From: Patescibacteria group bacterium
Lineage (GTDB): Bacteria; Patescibacteriota; Patescibacteriia; 2-01-FULL-39-33
Direction of reading: 5' to 3'
Length of the DNA stretch: 64,000 bases
Assembly (NCBI GenBank): GCA_041650895.1
Contig: JBAZKF010000001.1
Location: 428,132-492,131, forward strand
In this document: positions 1 through 9,038 of the stretch, one piece after another
How the letters are laid out: every line of letters starts with the position of its first letter
How positions within the stretch are numbered: position 1 is the stretch's first letter
The notes under the pieces: generated by a model
Told to the model about the DNA's origin: nothing
Databases searched by the model: none
Seen by the model: only the letters and a program-made list of their open reading frames with translations
Made by a program: the position numbers and the translations under genes

Positions 1-567
1 CGTATCTTGCAAGGAGGAAACAGTAAAAATAACATCATCGGCCTTGAACGACTCGCCGTCATGCCATTTGACGTTCTGACGCAAATAAAAAGTATAAATT
101 AAACCGTCTTCAGAAACCTCATAACGCTCGGCCAAATCCGGAGTCAACTGATGGTTCTTGTCGTAAGTCAGCAAAGAAGAAAATATCAGCCGGCTTAAAT
201 CGCCGTCCACGCTATTAGTCTGAGATAGAATCGGATTAATAAAACGCGGAGAACCTATCAGGCCTTCGGAATATTCTCCGCCGACTTGGGGCAAGGGCAC
301 GGAGAAAATAACAAAAACCTTAAATAGCAAAAAGAAAAAACAAACAACGGCGACTGCGCCGAAAAAACGCAACTGCCTATTTTCTGACGCTGACAGGAAT
401 TTGGGCAGATACTTGAAATGCTTCAATCGCAAACGCTTGTTTTTATTTAGGCCGAATAGAATTTTTCGGTCGTAATGATGCTGGCGCTTGAAACGTCGCA
501 ATTCCGAGTTTTGCCGATCAAAAAACCTCTCGACTTTCCTTCTAAGATTTTTAAATAAAAAATCCAC
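1..567 (-). CDS. ABC transporter substrate-binding protein (family 5, peptide/nickel type), N-terminal part. The gene runs off the window start and its own start codon is uncertain (no ATG; possibly GTG/TTG near 567).
   Basis: Manual minus-strand translation of 1-360 gives ...VPLPQVGGEYSEGLIGSPRFINPILSQTNSVDGDLSRLIFSSLLTYDKNHQLTPDLAERYEVSEDGLIYTFYLRQNVKWHDGESFKADDVIFTV..., which resembles the SBP_bac_5 family. A hydrophobic anchor precedes it. Confidence 0.5.
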   Translation of the reverse strand, partial: MDFLFKNLRRKVERFFDRQNSELRRFKRQHHYDRKILFGLNKNKRLRLKHFKYLPKFLSASENRQLRFFGAVAVVCFFFLLFKVFVIFSVPLPQVGGEYSEGLIGSPRFINPILSQTNSVDGDLSRLIFSSLLTYDKNHQLTPDLAERYEVSEDGLIYTFYLRQNVKWHDGESFKADDVIFTVSSLQDT

Positions 568-630
568 GGTTAAAATTACGAATTATATCTAGTTATGCGT
601 CTGTGGCTGTCAGCCGTAGACAAAGTGCTA

Positions 631-840
631 CTAGTAAAGCACATTAAGCAGGGAAATTCCCAAAAAGATTATCGCGATAACGATAGTGGCATTGAACAAC
701 ACTTGCTCCAAGCCGCGCTTGGTTCTGTAAACGTTGCCTTCACCGCCGAAAGCCGCACCCAATCCGGTGCCGCGATTCTGCAGTAAAATCACTGCCACCA
801 AGGTGACGGCTGAAATAAGCTGAATAACATCTAAAATCAT
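631..840 (-). CDS. secG: Preprotein translocase subunit SecG
   Basis: 69-aa protein with two TM segments and a Gly-rich loop (LLQNRGTGLGAAFGGEG) typical of SecG. Confidence 0.7.
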   Translation of the reverse strand: MILDVIQLISAVTLVAVILLQNRGTGLGAAFGGEGNVYRTKRGLEQVLFNATIVIAIIFLGISLLNVLY

Positions 841-1037
841 ATTGGATATGCTTAAAATATATGGTTTTGACCTAATCTCATACTATCATAAGTGAGAGGT
901 AAAGTCAAACCCAAAAAACAAACTCAGCGAGTTTTTTTTCTTTCATTAGCTGGATTTATTCTTGATTATTATGGTATAATAAAAACAAAGAAAAAAAACT
1001 TCCTAATCTCTATTTGCCTTATAAATCAAATTTCTAT

Positions 1038-2625
1038 GCCCCAAACCACAGGCGAAGCCGAATGGCTTTTACAAGCGCTAAAAAAGAATTACAACCGCTC
1101 CGCGTCCAAGGATTCATCTAAAATAAAACTTAACCAATTAATATCCAAGTTAGGATTCTTTTACGAAAAAGTCAGAAATGCCATTGACTATAATGACGAA
1201 CATCTGATTCGCCGTAATTCCTTGCGCCGTCTGATCACCAGGCAGATGAAATTCCTGGCTGAGCGCGATCCGGTTAAAATCGCAGAGACCGTAGTCTTTG
1301 AGTTCATCCGCGCCAAATATCTGCCCAACGACGCCCTGCCGGAAAGCGACATTGAACAAACCGCGGCCATCATCGCCAAATACCTGACTCTGTTCAATTA
1401 CTTGCAAGGCCACCCGGTGGCGGAAGCCAAAAAAGTTAATGACTGGCTGTTGGATCTTTTGACCTGCGAGATTGACGAATACCTCTTCCCCAACGGCCGA
1501 GATATGGCCATAGTTAATTTCATGTACGGCGAAATGGTCAAAAGCATTTCGTTCGTCAAGAGCTCCATTGACGAAAAAGAACGCAATCTGCAAATTTACA
1601 TCGCCGTCTTAAAAAACCTGATCAAAGCCGATTTGCCGCTCATCCGCTATTGGCTCATCAAACTGTATAACCCGCAATGGAATTCCTTCACTCCGGACGA
1701 TATCAAAAAATTCGCTCCCAATCTGACCGATACCAAAAACCGCATTGAATTGCACCTTAGCCACTATTCCGGCTATCAGGTAACGCAAATGATCAAGAAG
1801 CAAGCGGTTTTCTTTCAAATTCTTAGAGAAATTATTGAGCAGAGCGACGACAATATCCGAGAGACGATTAACGACGAAAAAAAGCTGGAAGAAAAAATCA
1901 GCGAGGTTTGCAATAAGAATTACAAGCGCATCCGTGGCAAGCTGGTCGGTTCAATCGTCCGCGTTATCATTTATATTCTGTTTACCAAAACCATCTTAGC
2001 CTTCATCTTGGAATTGCCTTACGATCAATTCATTGTCGGCCAGGTCAATTGGCAGGCGCTTTTGATCAATATCATCTTTCATCCGCTTTTGATGTTTGTC
2101 ATTGCTATGTCCATCAAGGTTCCGGGGCAAAAAAACACCAAGATCATTATTGAAGAAGTCAAAAAGATCCTTTATGGCGGTGAGCGCAAGCTGATTTATA
2201 AACCGCGCAAACTCTTGCGCCGCGGTTCTTTTACCTTCATTTTTTTCAACACCATCTACTTGATTATGTTCGGCATCTCCTTCGGCGCCGTAGTCGCAGT
2301 CTTGCATCGTTTGAACTTTAATTTGTTTTCCGGCGCTCTATTTATTTTCTTCTTGACCCTGGTTTCTTTTTTTGGCTTCCGTCTGCGCAATTTTGCCAAT
2401 CAATTCCTGGTCGTGCCCCGCAAAGAGAACCTGTGGAATTTCCTTTTAGATTTTTTCTCCCTGCCGATTATCCGCGCCGGCAAATTCTTCTCCTCCAACT
2501 TCTCCAAAATCAATGTTTTCTTATATATCTTAGACTTTATTATTGAAACGCCTTTTAAAATGTTAGTGGAACTGCTGGAAAAAGCGCTGTCATTCATCGG
2601 TGAGAAACGAGAAGAAATATCTTAA
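1038..2625 (+). CDS. Hypothetical protein: large soluble N-terminal domain with a C-terminal multi-TM region. The ORF opens at 892; ATG 1038 is preferred because a TGgTATAAT-like -10 lies at about 968-976.
   Basis: Long ORF with hydrophobic C-terminal segments. No motif recognised. Confidence 0.45.
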
Positions 2626-2637
2626 AATATTAAACAT

Positions 2638-3288
2638 ATGAAACTAAATTTTAAATCAGAAGTTATTCCTTGGCTGTTAATCTTAGCCAGCGTCATTGCC
2701 GCCGTTTACTTTTACTTTAATTTCCCGGCCGTCGTGGCCACGCATTGGAATTTTACCGGCCAAGCCGACGGGTTTTCCGGCCGCGGCTTCGGCGCTTTCT
2801 TTTTGCCGATCTTGGTTATCATTTTCTATCTCTTCATGACGTTATTGCCTTACTTGGATCCCAAGAAAGAACGCTACCAGGAATTCTTCGGCGCTTACCT
2901 GGGATTCCGAACGGTTCTTATTTTACTTTTCATACTTTTGCAGTTCATCACCGGTTTTTACAACCTCGGCTATGAATTAAATATCGGAATTGCCGTGGCC
3001 TGGCTGATCGGTCTTTTAATGCTATACATCGGCTGGTTGATGCCAAAAATAAAAAGCAACTGGTTTATCGGCATTCGCACCCCCTGGACATTAAGTTCAG
3101 AAAATGTCTGGAATAAAACCCATGCCTTAAGCCGCTGGCTGTTTGTAATTTTCGGCCTGGATCTCATTCTGGTGCCCTATCTGCCGGAAACCTGGGCGGT
3201 TACGGCCTTCATCTTGGGACTTATCATTTTGCTGGCGGGCAGTTTCGGCTACTCCTATTGGCTCTATTACCAAGAAAAAAAAGCTTAG
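2638..3288 (+). CDS. SdpI/YhfL-family (DUF1648-like) integral membrane protein
   Basis: N-terminal motif ...VATHWNFTGQADGF... and the 4-6 TM topology are typical of SdpI-like immunity/membrane proteins. Confidence 0.5.
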   Translation: MKLNFKSEVIPWLLILASVIAAVYFYFNFPAVVATHWNFTGQADGFSGRGFGAFFLPILVIIFYLFMTLLPYLDPKKERYQEFFGAYLGFRTVLILLFILLQFITGFYNLGYELNIGIAVAWLIGLLMLYIGWLMPKIKSNWFIGIRTPWTLSSENVWNKTHALSRWLFVIFGLDLILVPYLPETWAVTAFILGLIILLAGSFGYSYWLYYQEKKA

Positions 3289-3291
3289 TTT

Positions 3292-4359
3292 ATGTACCGC
3301 TATCTTGCTGTCAGCTTAATAACAATCACCTGCTTGCTTGTCATTGGAATCGGCGTCGCTTGGGCGCCGATTTTTCCTCTGGCCAAACAACTGACTGCTA
3401 CGCCGCCGACTGATTCACTGCCAAAAACACCGGCCATAACCACCACCACGCTCATCTTCGGCGGCGACGTCATGCTCTCGCGCAATGTCGGACAGAAAAT
3501 GACCAAATACCAAGATTGGTCCTGGCCGTTTACAAACATCGCCGGATTGCTGGCCGACGCCGACTTAGCCATTATCAACTTAGAATCGCCATTTACCATC
3601 GGCGGTTCGCATTTGGTCAAAACCGGATCATTTTCTTTTAATGCCGACCCGCAAGCGCTGGCCGGGTTGATTCAAGCCGGCATTGACGTAGTTGCTCTGG
3701 CCAATAATCATGTTTTAAACCAAGGCAAAAAAGGCATAATTGATACGCGAAAACTTTTAGCGGACAACAATATTTCTTATACAGGTGCCGGTCTGAATGA
3801 GGCCGAAGCCGGACGTCCGGCAATCAAAGAAATAAACGGGACTAAATTCGGTTTTTTGTCTTACGCCTATCCGAACGATTATTCCGTAGCCGGAACTTCC
3901 ACTCTCGGACTGGCCGGCATGGATATAAACAAAATGACAACGGCTGTTACGGAACTGAAAACAGAAGTTGATCTGGTGGCAATACTGATACATGCCGGGG
4001 CCGAATACACCAACAAGCCCAACAAACAGCAAATCGCCTTTGCCCATGCGGCCATTGACGCCGGAGCCGACTTAGTGATCGGCCATCACCCGCACTGGGT
4101 ACAGATTACGGAAATTTATAATGGCCGGCCGATTCTGTATTCTTTGGGAAATCTAATCTTTGATCAGATGTGGTCGCTGGAAACCCAACAAGGCGCCTTA
4201 GCCGAAATAACAGTGACTGATAAACAGCTAGATTCAATCAGAATCATTCCGATTAAGATTATTGATTACGGCCAAGCGACCCTGGCTACCGGCACGGAAA
4301 AAGAATTGATTTTAAACAGGCTGGGATTGGATAATGAGATTATTAACATTAATAATTAA
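3292..4359 (+). CDS. CapA-family (poly-gamma-glutamate synthesis / metallophosphatase-like) protein
   Basis: N-terminal TM segment, then LIFGGDVMLSRNVG ... LANNHVLNQG ... GHHPHW motifs of the CapA/PGA_cap family. Confidence 0.65.
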   Translation: MYRYLAVSLITITCLLVIGIGVAWAPIFPLAKQLTATPPTDSLPKTPAITTTTLIFGGDVMLSRNVGQKMTKYQDWSWPFTNIAGLLADADLAIINLESPFTIGGSHLVKTGSFSFNADPQALAGLIQAGIDVVALANNHVLNQGKKGIIDTRKLLADNNISYTGAGLNEAEAGRPAIKEINGTKFGFLSYAYPNDYSVAGTSTLGLAGMDINKMTTAVTELKTEVDLVAILIHAGAEYTNKPNKQQIAFAHAAIDAGADLVIGHHPHWVQITEIYNGRPILYSLGNLIFDQMWSLETQQGALAEITVTDKQLDSIRIIPIKIIDYGQATLATGTEKELILNRLGLDNEIININN

Positions 4360-4484
4360 ATCAATCAAGAACCAACTTAGTTAATTTTCTATATTAAGTT
4401 TTCATATTAAGCAATTTTAAAAGCGGAGCATGTCATCACGACATTCTCCGCTTAATTTGTGCTATTTAGGCAGTTGATTGCGCC

Positions 4485-5558
4485 TTAGCTGCGCTGCCGT
4501 TGAGACAACCGCGCCGCTGCCCGCGCCGCTTCCAACATGGAATCGTCGCCGAGGCTGGTTCCGAAATTGCGCGACTGCTCACGGCGAGGTGCCGTGGCTC
4601 CAGCCTCCTTCGCCGCTTCAAAGGAAGCGCTGAGGATCTGACCGAGGCGACCGATCAAACCCGGACGTCTACGTAGGAGTTCCTTTTTCTTCGGATCGCC
4701 GTCCGCCAGTTTATCCGGGTTTTGACCCAGCAAATACACGGCCGCCTGCTCCTTGATGCCCTGGCCGGAGAAGATTACCGCCTCCCCGTCCGGGAATTCA
4801 AGATAGTTGGGCCCGATAAAAACTTGGCGGCCAGTCGGATTACCGTCGGAGTCCACTTCTTCTTCGCGCCGATAACCGACACGGTGCTTCCACCGTTCCA
4901 GATTGATCGCGACGCTTCGCAGATCTTTCATTTCGTGGATGACGGTCACCTTTACAAACTCCGGCAAAAACCCGTCACGCAGAAGGGTTGTGTAAGAAAA
5001 TTCGCCGCGTTGCTCGTCTACTCCCTTCTTGTGAATAGCCGGCGTCAGAGGTTTGAAACGCTTGCCCAACGCGGCCTTGCTCATGTTGCGGATACCCCGA
5101 ACGCCGATCAGGATGGACTCGCCCATTTCCGGCATATCGGCCGGCGCCACGATCATTGTGGTGTAATTACCCGTATGGATCACCACCTCGCCCTTGCCGC
5201 CCGCGGCCGCCTTGATGCCGTCCAGAGCTTTGCTCAACAAGTCATTGCTGACTTCCACCGCCACTTGGACGATGGTCGTCTCATTGCTGTTGACGGTGCC
5301 GTCTTCATTGAAGGTGTTGCACACGACCGGAATACCTCCGGAGTGGAACATCTCCATTCCCACCTGTTCTTCGCCGTTTCCGGCTTCAAGCACCTTGAAC
5401 GCCGCCGGATCTTCCGGCGCTGTTTCGTCGAGAACGGCCACGGCCTGCTCCTGCATCCGTTGTTCCCGCTCCTGCATGGCTGCCAACTCGGCCGCCACCT
5501 GGGCTTCTTCACTACCATTACCACTGCGATGATTCTGTTTAGTCTTCTTGCTTCCCAT
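4485..5558 (-). CDS. Hypothetical protein, compositionally GC-rich, with Ala/Arg/Glu-rich termini
   Basis: 357-aa ORF on the minus strand with a protein-like sequence. The antisense ORF 4722-5564 is judged a GC-induced artefact. No family recognised. Confidence 0.45.
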   Translation of the reverse strand: MGSKKTKQNHRSGNGSEEAQVAAELAAMQEREQRMQEQAVAVLDETAPEDPAAFKVLEAGNGEEQVGMEMFHSGGIPVVCNTFNEDGTVNSNETTIVQVAVEVSNDLLSKALDGIKAAAGGKGEVVIHTGNYTTMIVAPADMPEMGESILIGVRGIRNMSKAALGKRFKPLTPAIHKKGVDEQRGEFSYTTLLRDGFLPEFVKVTVIHEMKDLRSVAINLERWKHRVGYRREEEVDSDGNPTGRQVFIGPNYLEFPDGEAVIFSGQGIKEQAAVYLLGQNPDKLADGDPKKKELLRRRPGLIGRLGQILSASFEAAKEAGATAPRREQSRNFGTSLGDDSMLEAARAAARLSQRQRS

Positions 5559-6034
5559 GGTTGACTCCTGCCGCTAGTTGCGGCTTTTAAGGAATTGTCT
5601 AGGTACTTGCCACGCCCACCAGGACGTAACAATTAATTATAGCACACTGTTATTTTTTTGTCAATAGATTTATCCACAGGAACAACAAAAAACATACTAA
5701 ATATATTAAAAAATATCTAAATTTAAACAAAAAAATAAATAGCTAAATACTATTTATTGACTGATTATTCAAGGTAAATTATCGCCGTATAGCCATTATC
5801 TGATAGAAACAGAAAACAGCCCGGTTAAATATGATAAAATTGGGGTCAAGATAATAATACCCAAACTCCATAAGGGTTTAATAAAATTTTCCCAAACGCC
5901 AATAACAGCCAGAGTATACAGAACCACCATTACCCAGAAAATTGTCTTTAAATATGTATCATCCACAAAGTTAGCTTACAGCTTATAATTTAGTAATTTA
6001 CAATTATAAACCAAGGGACAATAATTGTCAATAT

Positions 6035-7084
6035 TTAATTGCTGAACCGGAAGTGGCAGACATCGCCATCGGCCATCACATAATCCTTGCCCTCCAACCG
6101 AAGCAACCCCTTTTCCCGCGCTCGCGCTTCACCGCCCGCCGCCACCAAATCCTGCCACTTGATTACTTCGGCGCGAATAAATCCTTTTTCAAAATCCGTA
6201 TGGATAACTCCGGCCGCTTGCGGCGCCTTAGTGCCGCGCTTAATAGTCCAGGCCTTGGTTTCCATTTCGCCGGAAGTAAAATAAGTGATTAAGTCCAAAG
6301 CGTTGTAGGCTTTAACAATCAACCGATCAAGCCCGGACGCTTCCAGTTGTAATTCTTTCAAATACGCCTTGGCATCTTCTGCCGGCAACTCGGCTAACTC
6401 CGCTTCAATCTTAGCAGAGATAGTCAGATAATCTGTTTCCTGATAAACCTTATCCTCATCCACATTCAAAACATAAATCATCGGTTTCATAGTCAGTAGG
6501 CACAAATCCTTAACCAATATTTTTTCTTCCTCGTCACCGATAATCTCGCTGGCTAACTCGCCCGCCTCCAATCCCGTTTTTAATCTTTCCAGTATCGGCT
6601 GGAGTTCCACGGCTTCCTTTTTTCCGGCGCGCACTTCTTTGCTATTAGTATCATATCTTTTTTCTATTGTCTGTATGTCAGCCAGGACAAGCTCCAGATT
6701 AATCACCTCACGATCTGACTGCGGATTGACTTTGCCGGACACATGAATGACATTCTCATCAGAAAACTGGCGCACCACCTGCACAATAGCGTCCACCTCG
6801 CGGATATTGGCTAAAAATTTATTGCCCAAACCCTCACCCTTGCTGGCACCCTTAACAATGCCGGCGATATCAATAAACTCAATTGTAGTCGGCACGATTT
6901 TGGCGGAATTAGAAACGCGCGCCAGTTGCTCCAGACGCTCATCCGGCACAGGCACCACGCCGACATTGGGATCAATGGTGCAGAAAGGATAATTAGCGGC
7001 GTCAACTTGCTTTTTGGTCAGGGCTTTAAACAGCGTGGATTTCCCCACATTAGGCAAACCGACAATACCAATAGAGAAAGACAT
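6035..7084 (-). CDS. ychF: Ribosome-binding ATPase YchF (Obg-family GTPase)
   Basis: IGIVGLPNVGKSTLF, the DPNVGVVPVPD motif and a C-terminal TGS domain. Confidence 0.9.
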   Translation of the reverse strand: MSFSIGIVGLPNVGKSTLFKALTKKQVDAANYPFCTIDPNVGVVPVPDERLEQLARVSNSAKIVPTTIEFIDIAGIVKGASKGEGLGNKFLANIREVDAIVQVVRQFSDENVIHVSGKVNPQSDREVINLELVLADIQTIEKRYDTNSKEVRAGKKEAVELQPILERLKTGLEAGELASEIIGDEEEKILVKDLCLLTMKPMIYVLNVDEDKVYQETDYLTISAKIEAELAELPAEDAKAYLKELQLEASGLDRLIVKAYNALDLITYFTSGEMETKAWTIKRGTKAPQAAGVIHTDFEKGFIRAEVIKWQDLVAAGGEARAREKGLLRLEGKDYVMADGDVCHFRFSN

Positions 7085-7346
7085 GTTAAAACAATTACGA
7101 ATTAAGAATTACGAATTACAAAAAACTCGTCACAAGGTCATAAAGTTACAAGATTCACCCTATTAAATAATTTGCTCGAGCGAATTACGGTGAAGCCATA
7201 TTTAACAAAGTGAACTATAACAGAATACAGAGTAAAAATCAATACCCATAAAATTGAAAACGGTGTAGCAATAAAATTAATCAACTAAAAAGAGGCAGTA
7301 ATCGCTTACTGCCCCGCAAATAAAGTGCTTTTTCGATTCAGCTTTT

Positions 7347-8081
7347 TCAGCTGACCTTGGGAGCCGCCGCCTGGAACTCGGCCAACAAGCCGGCGTCAAT
7401 GTCCCCGGCGTCCATCTGGGCCAACGCCGCATCCACATTGAAACCGGAGGAGGCGTCAAGATCGCGATCAATGTCGCCATCCGAACGAAGCTCCGCCTGA
7501 ACACCAGTCAACTCGCCCTGCAGTTCGTCCAAAAACGAGGTGTCAACCTTATTACCGCCCTGAGCCCTTGCCCGGTCGCGCATTGCCACGGCCTGCCTAT
7601 GGGCTTCAATCGCCTTGAGCATGGCTGGACCGTTCTGGCGAATCGTATTCAAACCAGTCAACGCTTCGTTGTAGTTGGTCCGAGCGAGCTCGTAACTCTC
7701 CTTGAGAGTGTCGTAAGTCGCCTGTTGGCTGGTGATTTGGTCATCCAGCGCCTTAATCTCCTGGGATATCTGTCCCAATTGAGACGCTTTGTCCGGCTGG
7801 CCGACCAGGCTACCACCCAAAGCAACGAGTTTGGCTCGACGGCTTCGCAGAGCCTCCAACGGTTCCAACTCTTTGGTTTCCGGGTCGGCGATTGTACGCA
7901 TCTGAGCGCCGATTTGTCGCGCCAACACCCGCTTTCCCTGGACCTGATTCTCCAATTCCGCGATGATCTGCTCCAACTTCTCTTCCGGCGACAGAGTCGA
8001 AGCCAAAAGGCCCTGCAATCGACCGCCCATCGCCTTGAAAAACATACTGATATTAACTTTCTTGTCCATCGCTTGCGACAT
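7347..8081 (-). CDS. pspA: PspA/IM30 (phage-shock protein A / Vipp1-like) coiled-coil protein
   Basis: MFFKAMGGRLQGLLAS...EEKLEQIIAELENQVQGKRVLARQIGAQ matches the PspA N-terminus. The whole protein is coiled-coil. The true start may be the internal Met at about 8045. Confidence 0.75.
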   Translation of the reverse strand: MSQAMDKKVNISMFFKAMGGRLQGLLASTLSPEEKLEQIIAELENQVQGKRVLARQIGAQMRTIADPETKELEPLEALRSRRAKLVALGGSLVGQPDKASQLGQISQEIKALDDQITSQQATYDTLKESYELARTNYNEALTGLNTIRQNGPAMLKAIEAHRQAVAMRDRARAQGGNKVDTSFLDELQGELTGVQAELRSDGDIDRDLDASSGFNVDAALAQMDAGDIDAGLLAEFQAAAPKVS

Positions 8082-8162
8082 TGCTTTGTCTCCTTCTTTT
8101 GTTGTTGCTTTTAACTTAACATTTAAAATTCAATACGAACAACGATTTACAATTAAACAGAA

Positions 8163-8918
8163 TTAGAGCAGATCACTCACATCAACCGACGGTTCAAACC
8201 TTTCTCCCAAAAACAAACCGCCCGAACCTCTGGCTTCCTTCTTTCTGGCATCCAAAAATATCAACCATCTTTCACCGTCTTGTTCGCGCGAAGTGACAAA
8301 ATACAGCAGATCGCCGGCCATAGCGTTATCGCATTCACCATCGATTTCTACGTTAAACGCACCGATATCAACAACTTTCCAAGTGACACCGGGAGTCAAA
8401 CTGTTTGGCAATTCATAAGGCACGGGCTCGGACTGACCATTGTTCTTGAAAATTCGCGCCGGCCCCGGTTTACCGTCTCCGCCCTTATAAAAATTCATCA
8501 AAGACATTGAATCCAACTCGGTTGCCTTGAGCCAAATCGGCTTACCGCCTTCTTGGCTAGGCACCTTAAAAATCCAAACATTACCAGCCAAGGCCAAAGC
8601 CTTAAAAACTGTTCCCGTTTTAAGCCAAGACGAATCACCGAGTGTATTTTCGCTGGATGTCTTTTGACACATTTCCCATAAACTAACAGAGGCTTTAACT
8701 GCCCGTTCCGGTTCCCCCAATAAAGTAACCGTTTGCTGAGAAGATGCCCGCTCCAATTGCTTGGGCACGCTAACAGGCGCGCCGAACGTAACAAGATTGT
8801 GGGGTTGTTTAGCCACTTTGTTTCCAACAACCGACGCTTTTTTGTTTTTAACCAGATAACCGATACCTACGCCGGAAGCCAAGATGATAAGAAACCCTAA
8901 CAGTGACAGAAAGTCCAT
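8163..8918 (-). CDS. Hypothetical protein anchored by an N-terminal TM segment
   Basis: Single N-terminal hydrophobic helix. No motif recognised. Confidence 0.45.
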   Translation of the reverse strand: MDFLSLLGFLIILASGVGIGYLVKNKKASVVGNKVAKQPHNLVTFGAPVSVPKQLERASSQQTVTLLGEPERAVKASVSLWEMCQKTSSENTLGDSSWLKTGTVFKALALAGNVWIFKVPSQEGGKPIWLKATELDSMSLMNFYKGGDGKPGPARIFKNNGQSEPVPYELPNSLTPGVTWKVVDIGAFNVEIDGECDNAMAGDLLYFVTSREQDGERWLIFLDARKKEARGSGGLFLGERFEPSVDVSDLL

Positions 8919-9038
8919 ATCTTTTCTCCTTCTCAGTTTTTAAAACCACTATCTTATAATCTACTAATCACCGCTATCATCGCCAAACCAACTGCCAGAG
9001 TAATGAGTAGGCCTACTAGTAGAAACCTCTGTCTTAAT

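Noticed and set aside
595-786. 63-aa plus-strand ORF
   Set aside because: It is antisense to, and fully overlapped by, the well-supported secG gene on the minus strand.
4722-5564. 280-aa plus-strand ORF antisense to the GC-rich gene
   Set aside because: The translation is low-complexity and not protein-like. Open antisense frames are expected in GC-rich DNA, so the minus-strand frame was preferred. Its own confidence remains moderate.
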